Of a stretch of DNA of 64,000 bases, positions 8,642 to 18,840 are shown one piece after another (position 1 is the stretch's first letter; every line of letters starts with the position of its first letter). Origin of the DNA: Pirellulaceae bacterium. Its GTDB lineage: Bacteria; Planctomycetota; Planctomycetia; Pirellulales; Pirellulaceae. A program made the translations under genes and the position numbers. The DNA lies in assembly GCA_028066335.1 (NCBI GenBank), contig JALCBQ010000001.1, positions 13,480-77,479 on the forward strand, written 5' to 3'. The notes below the pieces were generated by a model. It was given only the letters and a program-made list of their open reading frames with translations. It was not told the DNA's origin and searched no databases.

Positions 8642-10354
8642 GTGGCAAAGCAGATAGTCTTTGATGAGCAGGCACGACAACCTTTGTTGCAAGGGGTGTC
8701 CAAGTTAGCTAAGGCTGTTCGGAGTACACTTGGACCACGGGGCCGTAACGCAGTACTTGATAAAGGTTGGGGTTCGCCCAAAGTGACCAAAGATGGTGTT
8801 ACTGTCGCTGAGGAGATTGAGCTCGACGATCCTTATGAGAACCTTGGGGCTCAGTTAGTTAAAGAGGCAGCCAGCAAAACGAACGACCTCGCCGGTGATG
8901 GGACGACGACAGCAACGGTCTTGGCCGAGGCAATTTTTCGCGAGGGCCTTAAGATGATAGCCGCTGGCGCTGATCCGATGTCGCTCTCACGTGGTATTCA
9001 AAAAGCGGTCGCTGCCGTGACAACCCACATTCGAAAGAGTGCAACGAAGGTCTCTGGGAAAAGCAAGAAAGAGATCGAACAAGTTGCGACAATCGCTGGG
9101 AATAATGACTCTGCCGTTGGCAAGGTTCTGGCCGAAGCGTTCATGAAGGTCGGCAAAGATGGTGTGATCACCGTCGAAGAGGGACGTGGTAGTGAGACGA
9201 CAGTCGAAGTTGTTGAGGGCATGCAGTTCGATCGTGGTTACCTTTCTCCACATTTTGCCACCGATCAAGATAAAATGATCTGTGAGTTCGAAGACTGTTA
9301 TGTCCTTGTTTTCGAAGACAAAATTTCCTCCATTAAAAAATTAGTACCCCTTCTTGAAAGTGTCTCGAAAGCGAGCAAGCCTCTCTTGGTCATTGCAGAA
9401 GACGTCGAGGGTGAAGCGCTGGCGACCCTGGTCGTAAATAAAATGCGGGGTATTTTGAACGTTGCCGCAGTTAAGGCTCCTGGATATGGCGATCGTCGTA
9501 AAGCGATGCTCGGTGACATCGCAGCATTGACGAAAGCGACGCCTATTTTTAAAGACCTTGGTGTCGACCTTGAGAGTGTTAAACTCTCTGATCTTGGTCG
9601 TGCGAAAAAAATCCGCGTTACTGCCGACGAAACGACTATGGTTGGTGGTGGCGGTAGCAAAGCCGAAATCGAAGCACGCGTTGCCCAAATTCGTGCCGAA
9701 TTGGATGCGACTGAAAGTGACTACGATAAAGAAAAGTTACAAGAACGACTTGCCAAATTAGTCGGCGGTGTCGCCCAGATTAATTGTGGTGCCGCAACCG
9801 AAACCGAAATGAAAGAGCGAAAAGATCTTCTTGAAGATGCTCGTTCGGCAACTTCAGCCGCATTGGCTGAGGGGGTTGTCCCTGGTGGTGGTGTGGCCCT
9901 TCTAAGAAGTGAATCGGCGTTGAATAAGCTCGACCTTGAGGGTGATGAAAATCTTGGCGTGACGATTATCAAACGTGTTCTCGAATATCCGTTGAGTGCC
10001 ATTGCTGAAAATGCGGGTAAGGACGGTCCTGTCGTTGTCAATCGCGTCCGCCAAACAAAGGGAAAAACCGAAGGGTACAACGCCAATACCGATACCTATG
10101 GTGACCTAGTCGAGGCAGGGGTCATTGACCCAGCTCGTGTTGTCTGCACTGCATTGCAGAATGCTTCGAGTGTCGCCTCGTTATTGCTAACAACCGAATC
10201 GTTAATTACCGATATACCAACCGATGAAGAAGAGGGTGGTGGACACGATGAGGGTATGGGTGGTGGAATGCCTCCAGGAATGGGCGGAATGGGTGGCGGT
10301 ATGCCAGGAATGGGCGGTATGCCAGGCATGGGTGGCATGCCTGGAATGATGTAG
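8642..10354 (+). CDS. groL: Chaperonin GroEL, copy 1 (with Gly-Gly-Met C-terminal tail)
   Basis: GTG start preceded by GGGAGAAG. Motifs [37 protein letters not shown] and [11 protein letters not shown]-terminal tail [33 protein letters not shown]. Confidence 0.97.
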   Translation: MAKQIVFDEQARQPLLQGVSKLAKAVRSTLGPRGRNAVLDKGWGSPKVTKDGVTVAEEIELDDPYENLGAQLVKEAASKTNDLAGDGTTTATVLAEAIFREGLKMIAAGADPMSLSRGIQKAVAAVTTHIRKSATKVSGKSKKEIEQVATIAGNNDSAVGKVLAEAFMKVGKDGVITVEEGRGSETTVEVVEGMQFDRGYLSPHFATDQDKMICEFEDCYVLVFEDKISSIKKLVPLLESVSKASKPLLVIAEDVEGEALATLVVNKMRGILNVAAVKAPGYGDRRKAMLGDIAALTKATPIFKDLGVDLESVKLSDLGRAKKIRVTADETTMVGGGGSKAEIEARVAQIRAELDATESDYDKEKLQERLAKLVGGVAQINCGAATETEMKERKDLLEDARSATSAALAEGVVPGGGVALLRSESALNKLDLEGDENLGVTIIKRVLEYPLSAIAENAGKDGPVVVNRVRQTKGKTEGYNANTDTYGDLVEAGVIDPARVVCTALQNASSVASLLLTTESLITDIPTDEEEGGGHDEGMGGGMPPGMGGMGGGMPGMGGMPGMGGMPGMM

Positions 10355-10440
10355 TCTGCTCGCTCTGTATTCCCCAATTTTATTTACAACGAAAATCAAT
10401 ATTTACTCAGGGTACCCAAAACTTTAAGGAACCATAAACG

Positions 10441-10740
10441 ATGTCTAATGTCAATATTCGTCCACTTGATGATCGTGTTGTTGTCGAGCCGGCTACTGCA
10501 GAAGAAATCACCGCCGGTGGGATTGTTCTGCCTGATACCGCAAAAGAAAAACCACAACGGGGAACCGTCGTCGCTGTCGGTCCTGGCCGTTTACTCGATA
10601 GTGGCCAACGTGGCGCCCTTTCGGTTACTGTCGGTGACGAAGTCATTTACGGCAAGTATGGCGGAACCGATATAGAAGTCAACGGCCAAGATGTTAAGGT
10701 ATTGCGTGAAAGCGACATCTTGGCAAAAGTTCTTGCCTAA
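10441..10740 (+). CDS. groS: Co-chaperonin GroES
   Basis: 99 aa. [10 protein letters not shown]...[25 protein letters not shown] is the classic GroES mobile-loop region. Confidence 0.97.
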   Translation: MSNVNIRPLDDRVVVEPATAEEITAGGIVLPDTAKEKPQRGTVVAVGPGRLLDSGQRGALSVTVGDEVIYGKYGGTDIEVNGQDVKVLRESDILAKVLA

Positions 10741-10881
10741 GAAGCTCAAAAGAAGCAGGAGTGATTTAGAGATACTCTTTTCTAAATCATCAGAAGGCTC
10801 TTTCTGCCCCTGTTTGGTTTTTACGTTTTTACAAGTCTCCATTTTACGAATTCATTTTTTATAAATAAAGAGGATCCAGTC

Positions 10882-12501
10882 GTGGCGAAACAGTTACTTT
10901 TTAAAGACCACGCCCGTGCCAAAATGTTGCAAGGTGTGGAAAAGTTGGCTCAGGCCGTTGCAACCACCATGGGGCCTGTCGGGCGAAATGTCCTGATCAA
11001 TAAATCGTTTGGTGGACCGACCGTTACCAAAGATGGCGTTACCGTTGCCAAGGAGATTGATCTCGAAGACCGCTTTGAAAATATGGGGGCCAAGCTCGTC
11101 GTTGAGGTCGCTCAAAAGACCTCGGATACTGCCGGGGACGGTACAACGACGGCAACCGTTTTGGCAAGAGCTATCTTTAAGGAAGGATTGCGGAATATTG
11201 TTGCTGGTAGCAATCCAACGGCGATTCGACGTGGAATCGACAAAGCGGTCGAAGCGGCTGTCGAAGCACTTGAAGGTATGAGCAAATCGGTTTCCAGCAA
11301 AAAAGAAGTCGCCCAAGTCGGTGCCATTAGCGCCAACAACGATATGGAAATTGGTGAATTGCTTGCCGATGCTCTCGAAAAAGTTGGCAAAGATGGCGTT
11401 ATCACTGTCGAAGAAGGTAAGTCAACGAAGACAGAGGTCGATTTTGTCGACGGGATGCAATTTGATAAAGGCTTTATTTCCCCTTATTTTATTACCGATC
11501 AATCGACGATGCAGTGTGATCTTGAAAATGCACTCGTTTTGATCTGTGAAAAGAAAATTGGGAATGTCCGCGAGATCGTGCCAATTCTTGAAAAAGCGAG
11601 TCAATCTGGTAAGCCACTATTGATTATTGCTGAAGACATAGAGGCCGAAGCACTCACCCTTTTGGTCGTGAATAAATTGCGTGGTGTTTTGAATGTCGCC
11701 GCTGCAAAAGCTCCTGGCTTTGGTGATCGTCGCAAAGCAATGCTTAGTGACATTGCTGTTTTAACTGGTGGAACGGTTATCAGCGAAGACCTTGGTCTAC
11801 AACTTGAAAACCTATCGTTGGATCAACTCGGTTCAGCCAAGAAAATTACCCTCGACAAAAACAGTACGACCATCGTCGAAGGAAGTGGAGATCATAGCGA
11901 AGTTGAAAAACGTATTAGCCAACTTCGTAATCAGGTTGAAGCGACCGACAGCGATTACGATAAGGAAAAGTTGCAAGAGCGACTTGCCAAACTAGCTGGC
12001 GGTGTTGCCGTTGTCTCGGTCGGTGCAGAGACAGAAGCCGAGATGAAACAGAAAAAGGCCCGTATCGAAGATGCTCTTCATGCAACACGAGCCGCTGTCG
12101 AGGAAGGTATCTTGCCTGGTGGTGGTGTCGCACTTTTACGTTGCCACGATGCACTCGACGATGCCCGAAAGTCGGCCCGCGGTGATGAAAAAATTGGTGT
12201 TGACATTGTTAAAGACGCTCTCTCGTCACCTCTGAAGCAGATTGCCAGTAACGGTGGTATTGATGGGTCAGTCGTCGTTGACGATGTTTTACAGTTGAAA
12301 ACTAACCACGGCTACAATGCACACACTGGTGAATATGGTGACATGTTTAAAGCAGGTGTGATTGATCCAGTCAAGGTCGTCCGATCGGCATTAAGTAACG
12401 CAGCAAGTATCTCGGCCTTGCTATTAACGACAGAGGCCTTGGTTACTGATCTTGATAAAGAGGACAAAGAGAAACAACAGGTCGAAGGAAGTATTCGCTA
12501 A
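10882..12501 (+). CDS. groL: Chaperonin GroEL, copy 2 (no GGM tail)
   Basis: GTG start preceded by AAGAGGA. Motifs [28 protein letters not shown] and [10 protein letters not shown]. It ends ...[17 protein letters not shown] and has no Gly/Met repeat. Confidence 0.97.
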   Translation: MAKQLLFKDHARAKMLQGVEKLAQAVATTMGPVGRNVLINKSFGGPTVTKDGVTVAKEIDLEDRFENMGAKLVVEVAQKTSDTAGDGTTTATVLARAIFKEGLRNIVAGSNPTAIRRGIDKAVEAAVEALEGMSKSVSSKKEVAQVGAISANNDMEIGELLADALEKVGKDGVITVEEGKSTKTEVDFVDGMQFDKGFISPYFITDQSTMQCDLENALVLICEKKIGNVREIVPILEKASQSGKPLLIIAEDIEAEALTLLVVNKLRGVLNVAAAKAPGFGDRRKAMLSDIAVLTGGTVISEDLGLQLENLSLDQLGSAKKITLDKNSTTIVEGSGDHSEVEKRISQLRNQVEATDSDYDKEKLQERLAKLAGGVAVVSVGAETEAEMKQKKARIEDALHATRAAVEEGILPGGGVALLRCHDALDDARKSARGDEKIGVDIVKDALSSPLKQIASNGGIDGSVVVDDVLQLKTNHGYNAHTGEYGDMFKAGVIDPVKVVRSALSNAASISALLLTTEALVTDLDKEDKEKQQVEGSIR

Positions 12502-12537
12502 GTTGGGCAGGCTCCTGTTTCTCGTTTGAGTATTTTG

Positions 12538-12571
12538 AAATGAGCCACCTGGAGGCTGGGTGGCTCATTTT
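12538..12571 (+). terminator. Stem-loop / intrinsic terminator after groEL copy 2
   Basis: Perfect 12-bp inverted repeat AAATGAGCCACC / GGTGGCTCATTT with a 9-nt loop, running into TTTT. It starts 37 nt after the stop codon. Confidence 0.65.
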
Positions 12572-12623
12572 CGCATTCTGTTCTTCCCTTTTTCTGTATT
12601 TCCTTTCCACCTTGTAGGCCAAA

Positions 12624-13763
12624 ATGTCCGGAAAACGTGATTATTATGAAGTCCTTGAGGTAACGAGAGAGGCTTCTGAGAAGGAAATTACCCGTGCCTA
12701 TCGGCGATTGGCAGTTAAATACCATCCTGATAGTAACATTGGAAACGAGGAAGTAACTCAAAAGTTTAAGGAGGCGGCAGAAGCTTTTGAGGTTCTGGGT
12801 GATACGCAGAAGCGGGCTCGCTATGATCGTTACGGCCATGCTGGGGTTTCGGGTGCTTCTGGCGGTGGCGGTTTTCACGATGTCAGTGAAATTTTTGAAG
12901 CCTTTGGTGATATATTTGGTGGTGGAGGGAGTCCTTTTGGCGATATTTTTGGTGGTTCGGGTCGTGGAGGGCCGAGAAGGCATCGGGGGGCCGATATCCG
13001 ATGCGAAGTGACATTAACCCTCGAAGAGGCGGCCGAAGGGATTACTAAAACAGTCCATGTCAACCGGCACAAAGCATGCGAAGCTTGTGAAGGTTCAGGG
13101 TGCAAAGATGGTGCCAAACCGATCTCCTGTTCGACCTGTAGTGGATTAGGACAAGTCGTTCAGTCGGCTGGTATTTTACGAGTACAGACGACCTGTCCCA
13201 CCTGCCAAGGTACAGGGGAAAAGATTGACGACCCTTGTTTGAGTTGCCGTGGCGAAAAGTTTATTCAGGAAAAAATTGCCCTTGAATTACCTATTCCCGC
13301 CGGTATTGATGACGGAATGAAGATCCGCCTTACTGGTGAGGGAGAGCCGAGCCCTGACGGGGGACCTGCGGGCGACTGTTATTGTTTTGTTCATGTTAAA
13401 GAACATGCAATATTCAAGCGAGATGGACGCAGTCTCGTCATTCAGGTGCCGATTTCCTACAGTCAGGCCGCTCTTGGGACTACAATTGAAATTGCCACCC
13501 TCAATGGACCACACAAGTTAACGATTCCAATGGGAACTCAATCGGGTGAACTTTTTCGAGTTCAGGGGAAGGGGGTCTGCGATCCAAGGGGTGGTCGTAA
13601 GGGTGACCTTCTGGTTCATGTCTATATCGAGGTTCCCAAAAAGCCATCGACCGACCAAGAGAAATTATTGCGTGAGCTTGCCGAGTTAGAGCATAACGAC
13701 GTTACCCCCGAACGGAAAAGTTTTTTAGAGACGATTAAAAATTATTTTACAACGACCTCCTGA
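12624..13763 (+). CDS. dnaJ: Molecular chaperone DnaJ
   Basis: J-domain with YRRLAVKYHPD, a G/F-rich linker, and four CxxCxG(x) zinc motifs (CEACEGSG, CSTCSGLG, CPTCQGTG, CLSCRGEK). Confidence 0.95.
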   Translation: MSGKRDYYEVLEVTREASEKEITRAYRRLAVKYHPDSNIGNEEVTQKFKEAAEAFEVLGDTQKRARYDRYGHAGVSGASGGGGFHDVSEIFEAFGDIFGGGGSPFGDIFGGSGRGGPRRHRGADIRCEVTLTLEEAAEGITKTVHVNRHKACEACEGSGCKDGAKPISCSTCSGLGQVVQSAGILRVQTTCPTCQGTGEKIDDPCLSCRGEKFIQEKIALELPIPAGIDDGMKIRLTGEGEPSPDGGPAGDCYCFVHVKEHAIFKRDGRSLVIQVPISYSQAALGTTIEIATLNGPHKLTIPMGTQSGELFRVQGKGVCDPRGGRKGDLLVHVYIEVPKKPSTDQEKLLRELAELEHNDVTPERKSFLETIKNYFTTTS

Positions 13764-13820
13764 GAACTTTTTTAACCAGATCGACCAAACAAGTTTCAAC
13801 ATAGCAGGATCTAAAAGAGA

Positions 13821-14357
13821 ATGACCGACGAAACAAACCAGACTGAAAACGAGTCTGAAAAAAATCAACGAGTAGAACAGCCACAAACGGCTGAAGAAAA
13901 AATCATTGCCCTTGAGGCACAGCTTGACGAAAGTCGCAATGATGCATTGCGTCACCAGGCCGAGTTGGAAAATTTCCGAAAACGGGTTTACCGTGACCAA
14001 GAGCAGGAACGAAAATATTCGACACTCCCTTTGTTAAGTGATTTGTTGCCAGCGATTGATAATTTACAGCGGGCGACCGAATCGGCTAAAGAGAGTGAAA
14101 ATGCTGCTAGCCTTGTGGAAGGGGTCGATATGGTTATTGACCAACTATTAACCGTTTTAGAGCGGCAACACTGTAAGAAAATCGAGGCTTTGGGTCTTCC
14201 CTTCGATCCAAATTTTCACGAAGCGATCGGCCAAGCTCCTAGCCCTGCTGGTTATGAGCCGGGAACCGTTACAATGGTTACCCGGGAAGGTTATCAGCTT
14301 CACGATCGGGTCGTTCGACCGGCTCAAGTTTTTGTTGCAGCTTCTGCCAGTTCATAG
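13821..14357 (+). CDS. grpE: Nucleotide exchange factor GrpE
   Basis: 178 aa. L..QAE.ENFRKR...D.E, LLP.IDNL.RA and FDP..HEA......... followed by GY.L.DRV.RPA.V, as in the GrpE family. Confidence 0.93.
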   Translation: MTDETNQTENESEKNQRVEQPQTAEEKIIALEAQLDESRNDALRHQAELENFRKRVYRDQEQERKYSTLPLLSDLLPAIDNLQRATESAKESENAASLVEGVDMVIDQLLTVLERQHCKKIEALGLPFDPNFHEAIGQAPSPAGYEPGTVTMVTREGYQLHDRVVRPAQVFVAASASS

Positions 14358-14396
14358 TGACGATAACCACACAGCCACTCTAAAAGGAAAAAAGTA

Positions 14397-14675
14397 ATGC
14401 CAACCTACGATTACGAGTGCCATGGCTGCGGGCATGAGTTCGAAATCTTCCAGTCGATGACCGAACCCCATAAGCGGAAATGTCCCGAATGTAAAAAGCT
14501 TAAACTTCGTCGCCTCTTTGGGGCAGGGGCTGCCCTTGTTTTTAAGGGGACCGGGTTCTACGAAACCGATTATCGTAGCGATTCCTACAAAAAAGGGGCT
14601 GCCGCTGAAAAAGAGAAAAACAAGGCTCCCAAAGGCGATACCTCAAAAAAATCGCCCAAAAAGAAAGATAAGTAA
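14397..14675 (+). CDS. FmdB-family zinc-ribbon protein
   Basis: N-terminus MPTYDYECHGCGHEFEIFQSM....KCPECK is the FmdB/CxxC_CxxC_SSSS signature. The tail is Lys-rich. Confidence 0.8.
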   Translation: MPTYDYECHGCGHEFEIFQSMTEPHKRKCPECKKLKLRRLFGAGAALVFKGTGFYETDYRSDSYKKGAAAEKEKNKAPKGDTSKKSPKKKDK

Positions 14676-14705
14676 ACAGCCCGTTTCCTGAAAGGCTATT
14701 GAAAT

Positions 14706-14927
14706 ATGTCGAATCCACAATGTCCTAGCTGTGGTATTCTCTTTGAAAAAGCGAATTCCAAAACGATGCCATTCTGTTCACAAGATTGCCGACAGCTCGA
14801 TTTGGGAAAGTGGCTTAACGAGTCGATTCGAATTCCACTTTCGCCCGAAGAGATGGCTGAAAGACGCCAACTAGCTAGTTTTGAGTTCGATAACAACGAC
14901 GAATCTATCGATGAGGAAGAGATTTAA
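14706..14927 (+). CDS. yacG: DNA gyrase inhibitor YacG-like zinc-finger protein
   Basis: CPSCG...(N)...PFCSQDCRQLDLGKWLNE matches the YacG motif (CPxC...PFCSxRCxxIDLGxW). Confidence 0.8.
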   Translation: MSNPQCPSCGILFEKANSKTMPFCSQDCRQLDLGKWLNESIRIPLSPEEMAERRQLASFEFDNNDESIDEEEI

Positions 14928-15010
14928 AAAGAGAGCCTTGCCTCTTCCCTGTGGTGAATTTCTATTGTCGCCGGTTGTTCTTGTCGAAATCGTTTATTAT
15001 ATTGTGGGTC

Positions 15011-15040
15011 AAGGAGAGGTTCTTCCTCTCTCCTTATTTT
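15011..15040 (+). terminator. Possible intrinsic terminator after yacG
   Basis: AAGGAGAGG-ttctt-CCTCTCTCCTT (stem with a 2-nt bulge) followed by ATTTT, 84 nt after the yacG stop. Confidence 0.45.
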
Positions 15041-15461
15041 GATTGATGCACAACTTCTTTAGTGGGCTAACATCGATGTGTATTTCAATGCAATCGAGAA
15101 ATTTCAGACAGACTTTGGCGGTACCGCGCCGTCATGTTTGTCTTCACTTTGTAGCTTGGCTTGTAATTTAAATTATTGATTCGGTCATTTTTTGCCCTCT
15201 ATCGAGCCTGCTTTCGCTTGCGCGATAGAATGGATGTCTAATGATTCTCTTCATGTCGTTCCCACGATGTTTCTCGATTCTGTTGTAGAGTATTTCCGCC
15301 CCGGATAATGGTATTCATTGTTCGCTGGGTCATTAGTAGAATAAGGTGGTAATACAAAGGGGGGGAAGGAGAGATTATTGAGGCAGAAGAGGGGTAAAAG
15401 GTAGCCAAAGACGAGCATTCGAGAAATCTTGCTAAATAGTTTTTATTTCAGAGAGTATTTA

Positions 15462-16550
15462 ATGAAAAAAATATTACTACTAGGTTCAGGGAAGATTGGC
15501 CGAACGATCGCCTCTTTTCTCTCTAGCACCGATTATCAAGTGACGGTCGCTGATATTAACCAGGAAGAACTCAATCGCCTCAAAAAAAGGGTGCCCAACG
15601 TTCACAAGGCGGTACGAATGAATGCAGAAAACCGTACGGAATTGGTCGAGGCAATGAGTAAGAATGATGCCGTTCTATCGGCTCTTTCTTTTCGGTTCAA
15701 CCCTTTGATTGCCGAGGTCGCTTTAGAGAGAGGGCTTTCCTATTTTGACCTTACTGAAGATGTCGAGACGACTAGAAGGGTTCGAGAGATTGCTACCCAA
15801 GCAAAGGAGGGGCAAATTTTTATGCCTCAATGTGGCCTTGCTCCCGGCTTTATTTCTGTCGTTGCAAAATATTTAACCCAAGGTTACGAAAAACTGGATA
15901 CCGTCCACATGCGTGTCGGTGCTTTACCAGAGTTTCCAAGCAATATCATGAAATACAACCTGACATGGTCGACCGATGGACTCATTAACGAATACTGTAA
16001 TCCATGTGAGGCAATTCATGAAGGAGAAAGGCAGGAGGTTTTACCACTAGAAGGGCACGAAGAGTTTTCGCTCGATGGCATCCGATATGAAGCATTCAAT
16101 ACTTCTGGTGGTTTGGGAACTTTATGTGAAACATTCGATGGAAAAGTGCGCGAGCTAAATTATCGGACAATTCGGTATCCTGGTCACCGTGAATTGATGG
16201 CTTTTTTGTTGGATGAGTTACGTCTTTCGCAACGACGAGAACTTCTAAAAGATATTTTGGAGAGTGCCATTCCTATTACATATCAAGACGTCGTCGTTGT
16301 TTTTTCATCGGTAACAGGTTGGAAAGATGGCCGCTATGTTCAAACTTCGGATGCGAGAAAAATTTATATGCAGAGGGTCGATAATACGCCGTGGAGTGCT
16401 ATCCAAATTACAACGGCGGCCGGTATTTGTGCCGCGGTCGATCTTCATATGCTTGGAAAGCTTCCTGCCAAAGGGTTTGTCCGACAAGAAGATATTGCTT
16501 TTCCTGATTTTATTGAAAACCGATTCGGTAAATATTATGCAACAAGCTAG
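15462..16550 (+). CDS. Saccharopine dehydrogenase family oxidoreductase (NAD(P)-binding)
   Basis: Rossmann N-terminus KILLLGSGKIGRTIA. The length and the central CGLAPGF motif fit the saccharopine dehydrogenase / homospermidine-synthase-like family. An ALDH7-type gene lies downstream. The ATG at 15462 is preferred over 15429. Confidence 0.78.
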   Translation: MKKILLLGSGKIGRTIASFLSSTDYQVTVADINQEELNRLKKRVPNVHKAVRMNAENRTELVEAMSKNDAVLSALSFRFNPLIAEVALERGLSYFDLTEDVETTRRVREIATQAKEGQIFMPQCGLAPGFISVVAKYLTQGYEKLDTVHMRVGALPEFPSNIMKYNLTWSTDGLINEYCNPCEAIHEGERQEVLPLEGHEEFSLDGIRYEAFNTSGGLGTLCETFDGKVRELNYRTIRYPGHRELMAFLLDELRLSQRRELLKDILESAIPITYQDVVVVFSSVTGWKDGRYVQTSDARKIYMQRVDNTPWSAIQITTAAGICAAVDLHMLGKLPAKGFVRQEDIAFPDFIENRFGKYYATS

Positions 16551-17069
16551 TTCGTAATCCGACTGTTAGAGACAAAGTATCGGTCGGAGAGGCTGTTTTG
16601 GCCTTAAGCTGCTAGCTTTTATTTGGCTGTTTGGGGCCGTCGATCATCGGGAGTTAACTGGCCGCCGTTATAGGAATAAAACGCCAGCCCCAAGAGATAT
16701 CTTGTGTCCTTCCAAAAGAAGAGAAAATCGATCAAAATAACTTATCCTGCAGATAGTAAGGTGGGGCTATTTGTAGTAAAACAAATGGGTCAGAAAGTCG
16801 CTTTAGAGGGCTTGATATTTGGAGGGATTTCTCCTCGAGATTGGAGCCGTCTGGGTCGGGCAGGCGACTTGAGACAAGTGCAAAGAATACACAGAGTAGG
16901 AAGACTGTTCTTTCTTCGGGTTCTTAGGAGGAGTGGTTTGAGATAAAGATTACTGCTTTCCTCTTCTATTTTTCGTATAAATGGGGCTTTTTTACCAAAT
17001 AATTGGCCAAAATAAGGGTATTTTTCTACCCATATCAGGCTGTTATATATACCTAGTAAGGACTGTGTT

Positions 17070-18620
17070 ATGGAGACTTTAGACCTTCTAAAGCGTTTGG
17101 GAGTTCCCCCAAATTACGGTGGTTCGGCGATCGGTTCTGACTGGACTGTTAATAATGAAGGTGGGAATAGCCGCCCTAAATTCAGTGTTCATTCGCCAAT
17201 TGATGGGGCACTTCTAGCCGAAATAGAAGTGGCCAATAAAGAGGATTTAGAGGTCGTTGTCGCTGAATCGGTCAGTGCCTTTAGGCAGTGGCGGACCGTT
17301 CCAGCCCCGATTCGTGGTGAGTTTGTTCGTCGGTTAGGTGAAAAATTACGCCATAATAAAGAGGACCTTGCAAAGGTTATTACTCTGGAAGCGGGTAAGA
17401 TCATGCAGGAATCGCTTGGTGAAGTCCAGGAGATGATCGATATTTGTGAGTTTGCCGTCGGTCTCTCTCGTCAACTTTACGGCCTTACGATCGCTTCGGA
17501 ACGACCTAACCATCGGTTAATGGAACAGTGGCATCCTCTTGGCCCTGTTGGAGTTATCTCGGCATTTAATTTTCCGGTCGCTGTATGGGCCTGGAATTCT
17601 GCCCTTGCCCTCGTCTGCGGCGATTCGGTCATTTGGAAACCTTCTGAGAAAACGCCACTTTGTGCAATTGTCTGCCATGCTTTGGCAATGGAAGTGGCGG
17701 CGGAAATGGCTGAAGTCCCTAAGGGGGTTCTTTCTTACATTGTTGGAGACGGTCCCGAAATCGGAAAAGTACTGGCCGCTCATCCTATGGTTCCGTTGGT
17801 TTCGGCGACAGGTTCGGTTCCGATGGGCCGTTCCGTCGCAGCGACAGTCGCCTCCCGTTTGGGTAGGTCGTTATTAGAGTTGGGCGGAAATAACGCCCTT
17901 ATTGTCTCACCTCATGCCAATCTTGACAACGCACTGCGTGCGATCGTTTTTTCTGCTGTTGGAACGTGTGGTCAGCGTTGCACAACCTTACGCCGCTTAA
18001 TCGTTCACGACTCGGTTGCTGATCGTCTTTTGGAGCTACTATGTAAGGTTTATACGACATTGCCGATTGGAAATCCATCGAATGAAGCAACCCTTATTGG
18101 GCCATTGATCGACGAACAATCGGTTCAAAACTATGAAGCTGCCTTGGAAAAGGCGAAGGCACAAGGAGGGAAGGTTCATGGTGGTGGTCGACTTACTGAA
18201 AAGGTTCCTAAAGGTGGATACTATGTGAAACCTGCAATTGTTGAAATCAGCTCGAATGCTGAGATTTTACAACAAGAGACCTTCGCCCCGATTATGTATT
18301 TTGTTCGGTATTCTGACCTTAAGGAGGCGATCGAAATTCAGAACAATGTCCCACAAGGTCTTTCGTCGGCAATCTTTTCAGATAACATTCAGGAGGCCGA
18401 GTTCTTCCTCTCGGCTGCCGGGAGTGACTGTGGAATTGCGAATGTTAATTTGGGGACAAGTGGTGCCGAAATAGGTGGTGCCTTTGGTGGAGAAAAAGAG
18501 ACCGGTGGTGGTCGCGAGTCGGGTTCGGATGCGTGGAAAGCCTATATGCGTAGGGCGACAAACACGATTAACTATGGGACAGAACTTCCTTTAGCCCAAG
18601 GGATTAAGTTCGATTTCTAA
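17070..18620 (+). CDS. Aldehyde dehydrogenase, ALDH7 / alpha-aminoadipic-semialdehyde (piperideine-6-carboxylate) dehydrogenase type
   Basis: GEVQEMIDICEFAVGLSRQLYG is a motif I recognise as characteristic of ALDH7/AmaB. It also has ELGGNNA, catalytic-Cys GQRCTTLRR and GGEKETGGGRESG. Confidence 0.88.
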   Translation: METLDLLKRLGVPPNYGGSAIGSDWTVNNEGGNSRPKFSVHSPIDGALLAEIEVANKEDLEVVVAESVSAFRQWRTVPAPIRGEFVRRLGEKLRHNKEDLAKVITLEAGKIMQESLGEVQEMIDICEFAVGLSRQLYGLTIASERPNHRLMEQWHPLGPVGVISAFNFPVAVWAWNSALALVCGDSVIWKPSEKTPLCAIVCHALAMEVAAEMAEVPKGVLSYIVGDGPEIGKVLAAHPMVPLVSATGSVPMGRSVAATVASRLGRSLLELGGNNALIVSPHANLDNALRAIVFSAVGTCGQRCTTLRRLIVHDSVADRLLELLCKVYTTLPIGNPSNEATLIGPLIDEQSVQNYEAALEKAKAQGGKVHGGGRLTEKVPKGGYYVKPAIVEISSNAEILQQETFAPIMYFVRYSDLKEAIEIQNNVPQGLSSAIFSDNIQEAEFFLSAAGSDCGIANVNLGTSGAEIGGAFGGEKETGGGRESGSDAWKAYMRRATNTINYGTELPLAQGIKFDF

Positions 18621-18840
18621 TCGATTTCAAGGGAGTTTCCCTTTGGGCAAATGCTTTTGATTTGGCAGTTGACTTCGGTGAGCTGCTTTTTTTTAAAGTT
18701 TTTTTGCAAGGGGCGAATTCTTGTTTTGGCGATAGTCCAAAATGCTCTTGTCTTAGAAAAATAATTATCTTATAGATGGGCAGGGCAGAGAGACTTTCGC
18801 CATTTTTAAAGCATTGTTTGAATTCAAGGATGAGTTCTCT

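Noticed and set aside
10226-10354. DNA-level short repeats (ATGGGYGGWATGCC-like) that at first looked like a micro-satellite or mini-array.
   Set aside because: They are simply the coding sequence of the GroEL Gly-Gly-Met C-terminal tail. There is no spacer/repeat organisation, so this is not a CRISPR array.
16704-16946. 80-aa ORF in the spacer between the saccharopine dehydrogenase and ALDH7 genes.
   Set aside because: It has a non-ATG start, no RBS-like sequence, an Arg/Gly/Leu-rich low-complexity translation and no recognisable motif. It is kept only as part of the long-spacer observation.
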